Shown: positions 37,020 to 49,195 of the stretch, in pieces
Numbering within the stretch: the first letter of the stretch is position 1
How the letters are laid out: every line of letters starts with the position of its first letter
NCBI GenBank assembly: GCA_964106915.2
Contig: OZ066915.1
Source of the DNA: Podarcis gaigeae
Taxonomy: Eukaryota
Strand: one strand, 5' to 3'
DNA length: 64,000 nt
Program-made: the position numbers and the translations under genes
Notes under the pieces: model-generated
The model's database searches: none
What the model was told of the DNA's origin: nothing
Seen by the model: only the letters and a program-made list of their open reading frames with translations

Positions 37020-38562
37020 TACCTCATTTTTTACTACTCCAGTTACAGTGGGAGGTAACTGCCTGGAAGCACGCTAAGATACGATTGCTTTCTCTCCCTC
37101 TCTCTGATCAAGCATAGGTAAGGTTGTCTCTGCAGGAGTTTTGTGACCTTGCAAACAATAGTCCTTTGGCCTAGCCTAGCTGGTTGAATACAGAAAGGAA
37201 GTTTACAGCTGAAACGAAATGAGTTTATTCTGCAAGGGCCTGCAGATGGATTGGGAGTATTAAAACTGCCCTCCACTGTTTTGGCATTTCGGGCTAACAC
37301 ACCTTCTCCCCCTCAACCCACCCCAGTGTTTTAGAAGCCACATATCAGTAAACGTATGTACAATAAATGCTATGGCACACGTAGGATTTGTGACTAGCGT
37401 GAAAGGCAAGGGAAGATAAGTCTTGCCGGCTTCCTCTCTATTTTGGATATGGCTTGCTAAAAATGCACTCTATAAAGCTATTCTGCAGACCTCTCTTGGG
37501 TCTCCCAGAGAGACCTGAACAGGGTCCACTTCATCCTGCCCCTGCCGAGTCCTCTTATCCCTTGTTGAATTCTGTCTGTCTCTGGGGCAGAATGTAGGAG
37601 TTGTTTAACATCTGTGCAGACACAAGGCCCAGCAGTTTAGGACAGGATGTGGGCAACATGGTGTCCATGCGAAACTACAGGGAGGAATGTAATATGGGTG
37701 GATTCAGTAGTTTGCATGTGTGTGTCTGCAGCTTGCAAGCACATTCCTCTTGCCGCCCATGAGATACAACATTCCCTATTTAGGAGTGACCTGGGGGAGA
37801 ACTGGAAAGCACACAGGTGCAGAATTATATAGTGCCATTCCCCTTGGGCCCTGTAGCACAGATGCGAAGAGCTGCACAATGAATCCTTGAGACTGTGATA
37901 AAAGCTGACAAGAAGAATTCCTCAAGTGGTGCTGGTTAAAACATGTGCATGGAAGGCCTCGTCTCTTGTTAGACCAGCTGCTAGCCACAGTATCTTGGCC
38001 CCTGCGAAAGGACAGGCAACTTTTTTCCACATGCTTTAGACCCTTTACAAGACTACGGTCACTTTACTGTGTGGTTTCAAAGTAGGTTTAGGCACCAGGC
38101 AGCTGTCATAAAGCAGGGAGAGATGGCTAGGCCCTCTCTAGCATTCTAATCTCCAAGAACAGATTCTTTCAGTGGACATTCAACCCGCTTAAACTCTGAA
38201 TGTGTGTATTTTCTCCTTTCTGCTCCTGTCCCTTTTTCCTTGTGTTGTGTCTGTTGTAAGCCATTCTGCAAAGGCATGCCTATGTTATCTTTTGTAATGA
38301 TAATAATAGTAATAAACTAATAATAGTAATAGGTAAACATAGAACTCTTTTGCCTCAAAGTAGCAGCAAAGGTCTTTTATCTAAAGGTGCTCCATTAGCT
38401 GAAGCAGATCCATATCTCTCTCCACCTGGAGAAGGCTAATTAGATGAGAGATTTGCCGCAACACAAGCTAATATTACCAACTGTGGTTTATTAAAACAAG
38501 AATAAGCTGTGTGCCCACATGCTCCCTCTTCACTCCCCCCCCATCCTCCCTCCCTTCATAAT

Positions 38563-38701
38563 CGTGGGTGTAGCCAGGATTTTTGTTGGGGGGCAGGCCT
38601 TTTGTTAGGGGGGCAGAACCTCAGTTCGCTATGTATTTATATTTTTTATTTATTTCAGGGGCCAGCTGCCCCTACTGCCCCCCTCTGTGGTTATGCTGAT
38701 G
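38563..38701. mobile_element. Degenerate hAT-like MITE
   Basis: CGTGGGTGTAGCCAGG...TGGTTATGCTGATG ends with a G-run/C-run interior; CTTCATA on both flanks. Confidence 0.5.
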
Positions 38702-39076
38702 CTTCATATGTCCAGCTTCAGCAGAAATTTCCTGATTTCTACTGTTTCTTCTGACTTTTGAAGAGGGAAAATATGGTTTAAGGTGTCTCTCCAGTCCTGT
38801 AGCTGATCACTTCCATTTTCTGTAGTTTAGCTCTTTGGCAAAGTAGCACAATTGGTAGGTATGTAGGTCACCATTCTTTTGGAAACATTAAGTGAACAAA
38901 GAATATGTGGAAGTGATGGTTATTCCATTCATGAAAGGTTGTCCTTTAAATAGTTAAACACCCTGGTCAGTTTGCTGCTTTTTCTAGCAACTTACAGTCT
39001 CAACTGAAGGAGGAGTATTCATGTAGCTGTAAACCATTGAAAAGGATACAGGAGCATAAAGGCTGCTATGACCTGC

Positions 39077-39080
<4 letters not shown>

Positions 39081-39123
<43 letters not shown>

Positions 39124-39180
39124 TTTATGTATATCCCACCCTCCCCAGCCGAAGCCGGGCTCAGGGCGGCTAACAACAAT
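39081..39180 (-). mobile_element. L2 3' tip with (ATT)13 tail
   Basis: CCCACCCTCCCCAGCCGAAGCCGGGCTCAGGGCGGCTAACA matches the termini of the 319 and 60836 copies. Confidence 0.8.
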
Positions 39181-40442
39181 AATTAGGGTATTTGATTGAA
39201 TCAAAAGTTGGCCTTAATGTGATGGGGATAATGGCGAGTTCCAAAGCTTCTACACTGAAAAGATTGACTCCTCACAGATGCAAAGCGAACCTTATATTAC
39301 ACTTGTAAAAGTGTAAGTTCCTCAAATTAAGAGGTTCAGTAGACACACATGGTGCAAGGCGGTCTCTTAAGCTGATTAGCATGTTGTTAATTAGTCTCAC
39401 CCAGGTAGCTTGTAAACAAAGAAATCTTCACCAAAACTGGGGGTGCAAAGGAAAGGGTGAGGAAGGAGTTTGCAGGTGCAAAACCTGTTTGCAGCCCCTG
39501 GGACTGCATCTCTGTTATTGCATCTGAACTGGGCCTCAGGTTGCTGCATCTCTGCCCTATACAGGCGTACTCTGAGCATTGTGCTAACTATGCAAGAGAA
39601 TAGGATCCTGGCATACTGGTGACCTGCTGTGCAATTTGCTGAGGCCACTCTTGAAAGAAAGATTTGCAGTTGAAACAGGTCCGTGTTAAAATTGCAGCTT
39701 GTGCTCACTTTTACCTTGCAATGAGCATGGTAGATAGGGTTTGTATTGGTGTGTTTACCACAAAAACATACTACAAGGAGACAGGGCTAGTTCCTACAGT
39801 TGATATGCACTTAAAAAACAATGTTGCCACCTTGTTATGGGGTAGAAGCCAGTGCACACTAAATGTTAACATGTATTTGCCTCTGCCATGAAGTGTGTGA
39901 AGTGTCTCTTACTTGCTGCATCCCAGCAGTTTTTGTTTTTGTTTTATTCAAGTGTATTGATTTTTACAGTAATTTTATATAGATGTAGGAACTTCAGAAA
40001 TGCTACCTTTTTATTTTGGTTTCATTCCTTCACTTTGATAATTTCCACATTTAGGAACTGTCACATGTCCTTGTTTTGCACTCTTCTGAAAGGATTCTGA
40101 AAGTGGAAATTAGATGGTGAAGTGGTGTACCACATATCCTGATATGTGCCTGTGGAATTGTGGAATTTTTTAAAGGAACATTGATGGAGTGAGAGGCTGC
40201 ACGGGCCTCTTGAAATTCATGGGAAGGAATAGGAAGAGGGTTTTTAAGAGAGTTCTCTCACCTGTGACTGCCTTACACATGCGTTCCTAAGGAAGCCATC
40301 AGCAGCTGCACTAGAATTATATGTTTTTGTATCTGTGGTGACTTTGTAGATTTCTGTACCGTTTTCTCATTCACAGCCATTTACATGATGTGCTGGAATT
40401 CTGTCAAACAGCTAATTTCTTTCTTCCCTTTCTCTCCCACAG

Positions 40443-40625
40443 CCCCTGCAAATTGATGACAATTTCTGTGGTCAGGATTTTAACCAGCCATTGGGTGGAA
40501 CAGTCACCATTGAAGGTGTGCCGCTCTTTGTGGACAAGGAAGATGGCATGACATCAGTGGCTGCGTATGACTACCGTGGGCACACCGTGGTCTTTGCTGG
40601 GACACGGAGAGGCAGGATAAAAAAG
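40443..40625 (+). CDS. PLXNA1: Plexin-A1, next coding exon (183 nt): [61 protein letters not shown]
   Basis: Branch-like CTAAT, long pyrimidine tract and CAG acceptor ending 40442. Donor AAG|GTAAGG at 40625/40626. Phase 0 at both ends; joins in frame to give ...GCINS-PLQIDD... as in PLXNA1. Confidence 0.97.
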
Positions 40626-42885
40626 GTAAGGGGCAAGGAAGCTCTTTCTTTGGGGTTTTGTAGGGTTATGTTGCTTGGACCATAAGAGGGCAAAAGGCAG
40701 AGGGTGAGAGCAATGGAATGGAGGGGGCGGATATTTCCATGTGCACAATTTCTTCATAACGTTTGGAGCTATTTCTGTATGGAAGGATTTGACCTTGAAC
40801 AACTGTTACTTGCTTTTTTCTAGTATCCTTTCCATCTGCTCTTTCAGCAGAAGTATTACCCTCTGTACAATCTCTCCTGGGGTCAGAAATATTTTAAAAA
40901 TACAGGCCAATATTACATGTCAAGTGCCTTTTTCTGTGCAATGTGCTAAAGCCAGATTGCTTTTCTTCATGTCTTCAGCAAGTCTTGTAGGGAAAATAGC
41001 AAATAGCAAACTCAGCTGGTCTCTTTTAAAGGTCTCCTTAGAGCAGGCTTCCTTCTTGGAAGGACCTTTGCCAGCCTTTTTGAGGTTGCCATCATTTCTG
41101 CTCTACCTGCCTTTGCCATGAAGTTGCTTTGCTACTTTCTTGTCAGCTTCTGCAGTATTGCCACACACATTTGCCTGTGTTACACTAAGCAGATGTATTT
41201 TGGGGGGAAATTCCTGAGGACGATGGCTCTGCTCTGTCAGCAAGAACCAAAGAACTCTGATAACTGTGCATACGCCTTGGAGACTGCAGAATAACTCTGA
41301 TGTGGATGATTTAAAACATCTGTGGGCCTAAGTCCACAAAGTAGAGGGAACTCATCCTTCCCCAGCTACACAAAGGGTTCTTGTTGTTGGTAATTAGCAA
41401 ATAGCTGTATGCCTCTCCTCAATATCTCCACAGGGCATGGGTTTCCTGTTATCATAACATCGTTCCTATAATTACAGCTGGCTATTCCCTGTGTAAACAC
41501 AGCCGGCAATAACTGCATCTTCTACCAGGCAGAATTGTATTTAGGGCCTTAGCAGAATTTTTAGGAAGCACCTAATCAAGTAGGGGGCTCCTCTTTACCC
41601 AAGGCATGTTGATACTGGGGTCTGAACTAAGGAATGGCTTGAATTTTGAGTTGCTTCCACCTTTGATATTTTTGCCCCTCCCTGACAAAGGTTCTAATTT
41701 TCAAAGCTTATAAGTATTTTTCTAGTACAGAAGTCAGTGTAGTGCCTTTTGAATGTGAATGCAGAGAGGAAAGCACACAGTGGCTTAGTATATGCATTGG
41801 ATGTATTAGTCTCTTGGGAAGAACAAAATCCTTGTACAAACAGAGTATATAATAGATGCAGGTGTGCATTACTGGAAGTTATCATGTGCTCATCAAACTG
41901 CAGAAAAGGACTCAGGTTTGCCATAGGAGCACCCAATAGCCAATTCTGTGTCCCTGAGGAGGTGTACAGTACATGTATGACACATGTGTGCAAGCGTGTT
42001 TAGCCCATTCATGATTAACGTGCATTTTTTAATATGTATATCTTAAAAGCATAATGTGTGAAGTCTTGGGTTGTGGCCCTTAAGATTGTGTCTTGGAAGC
42101 ATAGCTTAGGAAAGGACTGGTGCGCAACATGCTAATTATGGATGTGGGGTGGCAGGAGCTTTACTCTGTTGATCGAACATTCTGTACACTGAATTTGCTC
42201 TGCATCTTGCCCTGCTTGGAGTCGTCTTGTCTATGTGGAATGTTTTTCTAGCACAGGGAAACTGGTATCTATGTCTAATCCCTGCAGACTGAGAACAAGC
42301 AAGATACTGATTTTTAGTTCAGTGAATCTGGAATGCAAAGACTGGCCTGAGGCCAGGTTGAAGGTCATTTTTAGGATATGTGATTAAGACAGTGTAGGCC
42401 CCACATAAGCAGAGAAGAGTTGTTTTGTTTATTAGGAGGGTAAATAGAGGTGGTTTTGGAGCTTTTTTTAGTCTGTAGCCTTCTCAGCTCTGCACTAGGA
42501 AAACTGTGAAACCCCAAGGTAGTGTCGTAGCTGTTGTATTACAGAAATGTAGGTGTTTTGTTCAATAAGAACAACCTAGACTCTGCCACTTTGAAGCGAA
42601 AGCTCATCTTAGCCAACTTTGTTCTCTGCTCTAAATATGAGACCTCCTCAAAAAAGACAGCTCATCTAGACAGCAGGCGAAGTGATATATCAGTATTTTA
42701 AGAGAGAACACACCTCATGAGGTGGCCTTAAGACTGATCTTATAGGCCTCATCGTTCAAAGATTACAGATATTTTGTTAGAACAGCCAAAGTGGGTTACT
42801 TCTTATAGGAGACTGAATTCAGATACAAGGTATTGGGAGGAGTGCCTGTGTCACAGCTGTTTCATGAATTAAGTTTGCTCTACAT

Positions 42886-43022
42886 CAGGGTTTCCCAAAC
42901 TTGGGCCTCCAGCTATTTTTGGACTACAGTTCCCATCATCCCTGGCCACTGGTCCTGCTACCCTAGGGATAATGGGAGTTGTAGTCCAGAAACAGTTGGA
43001 GATCCAAGTTTGGGTAACCTTG
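42886..43022. mobile_element. Palindromic hAT (Charlie-type) MITE
   Basis: TIRs CAGGGTTTCCCAAACTTGG / CCAAGTTTGGGTAACCTTG; perfect 8-bp TSD CTCTACAT. Confidence 0.9.
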
Positions 43023-43706
43023 CTCTACATGGAGACAATCTCTGGGTGTGGAGACATATATGTGCTTTAAAGTATGTCTGTGGCACAAATGTTTTCCCCA
43101 CTGCAGATATGCAGATTCGGCAGATGCAGTGAATTATTTATGTACAGAAAAAGTGTAATGTAGAACATGAGGTCTTTTTAATGGTGGAGCTTGGTGCTTT
43201 TTTATGTCTTGGGTATATGGAAAAGCTGGACTACACCATTGAGAGAAAGGACCTGGTGTACACCTCTGTTTGAAGTGCTTGAACTAGCAATCTATGCTGT
43301 CAGCCACACTGCTGTAGCTGTTAGGATACCCATACTCTTGATTCAGTGTAGCAGTAAGACTTCATTCCCTTTTGGGCAGTAGCACCTGTTCTTGATATTT
43401 CCTGACTTCTTTCCGATAAAAAGAGGCACCAGAATGGCTGGCTGCCTCTAGTCCAAACGGATTGTGAGAGATTTCACATTGTCAGGGCTTTGGCTTTGTA
43501 GCCATGAAGGCTGAGAGAAGACATAGGCAGATTGTCATCCCTTTCGGATTGATATGTGGTCTGAAGTGACTGGTGTCTCATTTCTACCATTTTCTCTTCC
43601 ACTTTTAAGATTCCAATGCAGGCTTTGAAGAGTTCTCTGCTGGGGCAGTTCTGCATGTGTGAGTGTGTTTATGGACATGTGGCAGGAGGATAGATGAAAC
43701 CACTGA

Positions 43707-44299
43707 GATGGTGTCTCTGGTGAATCCTGATGTTTGCTTTGTGTCCAGAAAATTTCTTCCTTTGGCGGTAGTTTCCTCCTTCCTTAGAGGGAAATGAGGG
43801 GCAGATGGGGCTTGTCAACCTGGGAAGGTTGCCCTTCAAGGAGAAGGAAACTCTAATCCTAAACCTCTGCTGCCTTGCTGCTATATTCATTCATGAGAAA
43901 GGCTTCCAGAGTAAACCCAGAGGAAAAATCTGTGGGAGGAGAAAATACTAAGGAGTAAACCCTACATGAATCCAGAATGAAATCCCTAAGATAGTTGGAT
44001 AGCGTCTTATACGCCTCCCTCCTGCAGCCAGGTTGGTGCCAAACATCATGCTTTCTATGTCAGCAAGGCTGGGAAGGGAGTTTTGTCCAATGGGCAGCCA
44101 AGGACCTTCATACACAGTACCCAGGCTTGCACCCTGGAGAGGGCACTTCAGTAATCCTAACACAGAAAAAACAACAAGGGAGGCAGCAGTTAGGAGTTAC
44201 CGGTCTCTGCAGCCACAACAGGCATTGTGATTCTCCAGTGGGTTGACTTCACCCCCAGAGGCACAGTATCTCGAGACGGATGGCTGTCAACAACAACAA
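43707..44299 (+). mobile_element. Non-autonomous RTE-clade element (5' UTR-like block joined to 3' tail)
   Basis: GGGGCAGATGGGGCTTGTCAACCTGGGAAGG..AGGAGAAGGAAACTCT..AAACCTC resembles an RTE 5' UTR; ends TCTCGAGACGGATGGCTGT(CAA)4. The 5' boundary is uncertain. Confidence 0.65.
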
Positions 44300-44390
44300 A
44301 AACATTCTGCCTCTTCCCCTAATTTTCCTTTCTTCCTGCCCTTTTGATTGACATATTGTTAAGATTGAAGACACAATTGCCCTGCAAAGA

Positions 44391-45227
44391 ATTACGATTA
44401 CGATATCTTTATTGTCATTGCCCCTTGCGGAACAATGAAATTGAAAAACTACATAAGACTACATAAAAACTACATAAAACTACCACAAACCTACATAAAA
44501 ACTACATAAAACATTCAAAAACCCCTAAGAACTCTAAAACCCCATTTTAAAATACACTATACTACAGAGAGGGACGTGGGTGGCGCTGTGGGTAAAACCC
44601 AGCGCCTAGGACTTGCCGATCGTCAGGTCGGCGGTTCGAATCCCCGCGGCAGGGTGAGCTCCCGTTGCTCGGTCCCAGCCAACCTAGCAGTTCGAAAGCA
44701 CCCCCGGGTGCAAGTAGATAAATAGGGACCGCTTCCTAGTGGGAAGGTAAACGGCGTTTCCGTGTGCTGCGCTGGCTCGCCAGATGCAGCTTGTCACGCT
44801 GGCCACGTGACCCGGAAGTGTCTGCGGACAGCGCTGGCTCCCGGCCTATAGAGTGAGATGAGAGCACAACCCTAGAGTCTGGCAAGACTGGCCCGTACGG
44901 GCAGGGGTACCTTTATACTACAGAGACCTCTTATGCTGCGTTTAGGACCAGAATTGCATTAGCGTAGAAACTGTTTCTCAGGCGGCTAGTCCTGGCCTTT
45001 ATAACCCTATATCTTCTTCCAGAAGGCAGAAGCTGAAAGAGATCATTTCCGGGGTGCGTACTATCATGTGCTATCTCTGCCGCTTTCTTATGGCACCTGG
45101 CAGCATAGATTTGCTCTAAGGTGAGAAGAGTGCACCCAATAATTCTCTCTGCAGTCTTTACAACCCTGGATAGCATTGTTTTTTCCCTGGCCGTGCAGCT
45201 CCCAAACCACACACACAGACCATAGCA
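44391..45227 (-). mobile_element. Rex1/Babar LINE 3' fragment, interrupted by a Sauria SINE
   Basis: Uninterrupted ~98-codon frame CYGLCVWFGSC...RVVKTAERIIG...DSTHPGNDLFQLLPSGRRYR...RTSRLRNSFY (DUF1891-like Rex1 C-terminus), stop at 44931. The 3' end reads CAATGACAATAAAG plus an (ATCGTA)n tail. Confidence 0.9.
44571..44913 (+). mobile_element. Young full-length Sauria SINE
   Basis: Highly similar to the 29852 copy; perfect 13-bp TSD TATACTACAGAGA (44558-44570 / 44914-44926). Confidence 0.95.
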
Positions 45228-46003
45228 TCTTCTGGGTCTACAAAGCAACCCCCCTGGAAGGCAGGTTGGTAAAGAATGCAGTTATAGGGTTAGTTAGGTC
45301 TAGTTTCAGCTGACTTTTCAGAGCATCCCTGCCCTCAACTTTGCATGCCAGCTAGTCCCAAACAATGCTAAAAATAACCAAACGTGCAAACAGGGAAGAA
45401 AAGGATCTGTACCTTTGTCATATGTCAGTTTTGAGTCCAACATATAGGGGAACTGTAGTGGGGCTTAACCCCCCTGAAGTGTCTGCATATGTCAGTGTAT
45501 AAAGTGGTCTGTGTCCCCTGCTTTAACCTTGAGGTAGTGGTGTCTGTGTGTGTGTGGGGGGGAACTCCTGGGGTGACATCGAGAACTTGGCTTTTTTCAG
45601 CAAGGGCTGCCTGACTGAGATTGGAAGATGGGGAAAACGCTGCCTCAGCAGTTACCTGATCCTCCTAGGGAGCCCTGTGCAATCAGACCCTGCCCCTGGC
45701 TGTCTCTGCAGCTACAGCAGGAACACAATTCTCCCAGGCTTCCTTCACTCTTGTTCCCCCAACCTAGAGGTAAATAGAGGATGGGACGTGTGGCTACAGA
45801 GAGGTATATAATGGGAGGCATTATGTGAAGACTGACAAAATATTTGAGGGACGCAAGGCCCGAGAATTATAGGCAGCTTGCTGGCTAGGAAATGTTGCAG
45901 GAAGGACCCTGTGTGACACTGGAATTAAGTTTTCCTAAAGGCTTCCTGATTGTTTTGACTCTTAGTTCTTTTTAAAATCCAGTCCCTGTGCATATATAAC
46001 ATT

Positions 46004-46125
46004 GGGTTGTAGCCAGTATTAATCCTTCTCAGAGCAGAACCACTGGAATTAATGGGCACGTCTAACTTAAGGTCCATTGATTTAAACGAGTCTACTCTGT
46101 GTAGGATTAATGCTGGCTATAACTC
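46004..46125. mobile_element. Palindromic MITE (relatives at 49221-49329 and 53861-54165)
   Basis: GGGTTGTAGCCAGTATTAATCCT / AGGATTAATGCTGGCTATAACTC inverted arms; shared CTCAGAGTAGACCCATT-like motif across copies. Confidence 0.7.
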
Positions 46126-46567
46126 CTCACTCTCAAAAACAGAGAGCAGAAGCGGATGGGTGAAATAATGGGTGAACTTTCTACAGGGTGAATAGCTGGA
46201 GATGTGGGGCAGTAGCATAGCCTTCCATGCAGCTCACACAGTGGCTGTCTGCAGTTTCCGTCTCCTGGCAAGGTTGTTAATCCTTTCGCTTAAAAGCAGC
46301 AAAGCTTGTGGCAGAATTCCCTTTGGCACTTTGGTGAAAAGGCTGATCCTGGCACTGTGTGGCAAGGAAAATCTTCCCATCTCCTGTTTCTCGTAAAAGG
46401 AGGTGGAACAGATGCAGTCCTTGAGAAGGAATGTGGGTGCTGCAGGAAGGGGCGTGGCTAGCTTAAGGCATGCTTCCTCAATGTGCTCAACAGTTCGCTC
46501 AGACTTTCCCTTGCCAGTCGCCTATGGGGTGTGCTGCCCCTCAGACCTGTATTTAGAACCTTCCAAA

Positions 46568-46716
46568 GGCTGCAGACACACCATACATTGAGCTCCCCAA
46601 GAATCTTGGGAAGTACAGTTGGTTAAGGGTGCTGGGAATTGTAGCTCTGTGTGGGGTGAATTGCATTTCCCAGGATTTTCTGTTGTGTGCATCCTTTGTG
46701 TGGTATGTACGAAGCC
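46568..46716. mobile_element. MITE with GGC...GCC termini (Harbinger-like)
   Basis: GGCTGCAGACACACCATACA / TGTGTGGTATGTACGAAGCC imperfect TIRs. Confidence 0.5.
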
Positions 46717-46922
46717 ACAGTTCAATGCCACTACCTGGGTTTTTCTACTTCAAGGTGCGTTCACCACCTCATAGGAGCCACTCTCATGAAAACGTCATTA
46801 CGAAGAACAAAAGTGTTGCTTGAGCTTGGAGGCTGGGGTGGGGAGGACAGGAATTATGCTGAAGAACCTTGGGCTGCATCCTCTTTCATGACTGTTATAA
46901 ATATGGAATAGCTCTCCTTGTT

Positions 46923-47045
46923 CAGGGATGGAAATCCTGTGTCATCTTGTACTACAGCTCCATTATCTCTGACCATTAGCCATGCTTGCTAATGCTGATG
47001 GGGATTTGACTCCAGCAACATCTGAACGGTCACCTCCCTACCTTG
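46923..47045. mobile_element. Degenerate hAT MITE related to 42886-43022
   Basis: ACTACAGCTCCATTATCTCTGACCATT..GCTGATGGGGATTTGACTCCA interior; CAGGG..CCTTG ends. Confidence 0.55.
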
Positions 47046-48957
47046 TTTAGTCTGTGAGGTGGGAAACTGCTCTCATTTCCCTGTCACTTGGAGCAGTTTG
47101 CACTGGCAGAAGTGCTTTGGCCAACAGTATTCAGTAATCATAAGATTGGAAGAAATCTCAAAGGTATTGAGTTGAGCCTCTGTCCTGCATTCAGGGTCCC
47201 CTTTCTGGGACTTAGGTGTACTTACTCTGTTGCATAAATGGTGGCTTATGGATTGTGTTCATTGTGTCTCAAGGAAAATGACCTAATGAGCTTGGAAGGA
47301 TAATCATATTAAGAAATGCTAGAAATGCTTAAAAAGATATGGCTTAGCTTGAGTTAGAACTCACCAAAGCTCAGCCCCAGGTCACAGTATTTAAAATATT
47401 TGTTCTGGACATGTGATGTCATAATACAGTGGATTAAATTCCTTTCCCTCCACTGAGAAGTAGCCATACCTTTCCACTGAATGAGACCTTTCAACAACTC
47501 AGCCATGCCTTGGTTCGTTTGTCTCAGGAAAAGACAGATGTGCATGGAGAGCTGTTGTGTTTGCAAATTCATGGGTGCCTACATCTTTAGTCTGAGAAAC
47601 CCCACTGCCTGTGTTGCTGGATATAGGCAGTGCTGCTTCCTGCCTAAGTTTGTGCAATGTTGGAGGTCAAAGGGGAAGATAGACAAGCCTTCTCCAGAAG
47701 ATGGCCTTAAAAGAAGATTGTGAGCTCATGTACTTGTACAATGACCAGGGCCCCTCTTCTCTTTGGAGAGCAGCCTCTTCTCTCCATGCTATCCTGCCCT
47801 CTTGCATTTGTTCAAGATGCCAGATGCAAACGCACAGAGCCCCTTTGTCCCAGGGAGCAACAGTGCAGGCTTGGCCCTGTTTGTTGTGCCTTGATAGACA
47901 TGCCTCAGACAGTTGCCTCTCTGAGGATGGTCTGCCAGCCGGCACCTGTTGCAGCTGTAGCCTCACCCTTGACCTGCCCTTCCTCATCCTGTCTCTTCTG
48001 TCACCCCTCCCCCCTTTCCTTCCCTCCCCATTTCCCTTGTGCCTCTTCCTAGCTCTGCACTGAGAAGGGGATTGTCTCATTGGTTCTTGCAACTGGATGG
48101 CAATTTCATATCTCGGCATTTGGGAGAAGAGAGGCAGGGGCAGCGATGCTAATCTGGAGCATAGTTTTTCTTTTGTCCTCCTCCTCCATCCTGGAGCTCT
48201 TGAAAGCGAGACTTCAGAAGTTCTTCTGTACATATATTTCTAGCTGCAATTGAAACTAACAGGCCATACATTACACTCGTCAGCACCTCAATTTCTTTAA
48301 AGCTGGTGTAATCATACACATTTTTAAGACAAGTGACACTTAAAACATCATGACACCGACAGACTAGAAACTTAGGCAAGCAAATAAAAGAATCCAATCT
48401 TTCTGCACTGACCTCTCTGAGGTCCTTAAGAAGTAGGATTTCTTAATTTAGAACTTCCAAAGATGCAGGAATGTGGAGTTGTGAGTGTGTATCTCTGCCC
48501 TCCTGTACTGATCCCACTGAGGTGGAGGGAGGGGCCTAGCAGTGCGTAATGTTCAGGTAACAGAATTGCTATGCTGCATGCACTTTTGTTCTTCTTTGTT
48601 CCTGCTGCCCTCCTTTGGGTCCTCTCTGCTATTGGTACATTTTATGTGCTTCTGCAAATGTCCAAGATTCCCCTAAGTATGCCAGGAGCTCCCTCAATTT
48701 GGCTGCTAAGGGATCAGCACACTGTGCCTGAGCTTGGCATTAGCATGAGTGTTATGCTCTCAAGGCACTTTAATAAAAAATATCTGTGCATCTTCTTCAC
48801 CTTAAGGAAACTACTGGTAGACACGATTTCTCACCTAAGCCTTTGTGGGGTCATACGAACAGCCCTGCTGGTCAGAACACAGGCCAACAGTGGGCAGCCA
48901 GAAGCCACTAAGTAATGCTAGCTATACAGGTGTGACTGTTGGTACATTGCTCTACAC

Positions 48958-49195
48958 CAGGGATAGGCAACCTAAGGCCCAGGGGCCAGATGCGGCCCAA
49001 TTGCCTTCTCAGTTTGGCCCACGGACGGTCCAGGAATCGGCGTGTTTTTATATGAGTAGAATGTGTCCTTTTATTTAAAATGCATCTCTGGGTTATTTGT
49101 TTTATAGGAATTTGTTCACCCCCCCCCCCGCCCAATATAGTCCGGCCCCTCACATGGTGGACCGGCCCACGGCTGAGAAAGGTTGCTGACCCCTG
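48958..49195. mobile_element. Non-autonomous hAT/Charlie element
   Basis: TIRs CAGGGATAGGCAACCT / AGGTTGCTGACCCCTG; TSD CTCTACAC / ATCTACAC; subterminal GGCCC repeats. Confidence 0.88.

Larger units (their letters stand above)
22214..40442 (+). other. PLXNA1: PLXNA1 intron (18,229 bp, GT-AG, phase 0)
   Basis: Bounded by the donor and acceptor of the two coding exons. Confidence 0.93.

Noticed and set aside
40605-40625. New furin site created by RRGR
   Set aside because: The usual RSGR already fits R-X-X-R, so the substitution adds no new minimal site.
47667-48233. 188-aa minus-strand ORF
   Set aside because: No recognisable domain; the R/G-rich part is just the complement of a CT-rich tract.
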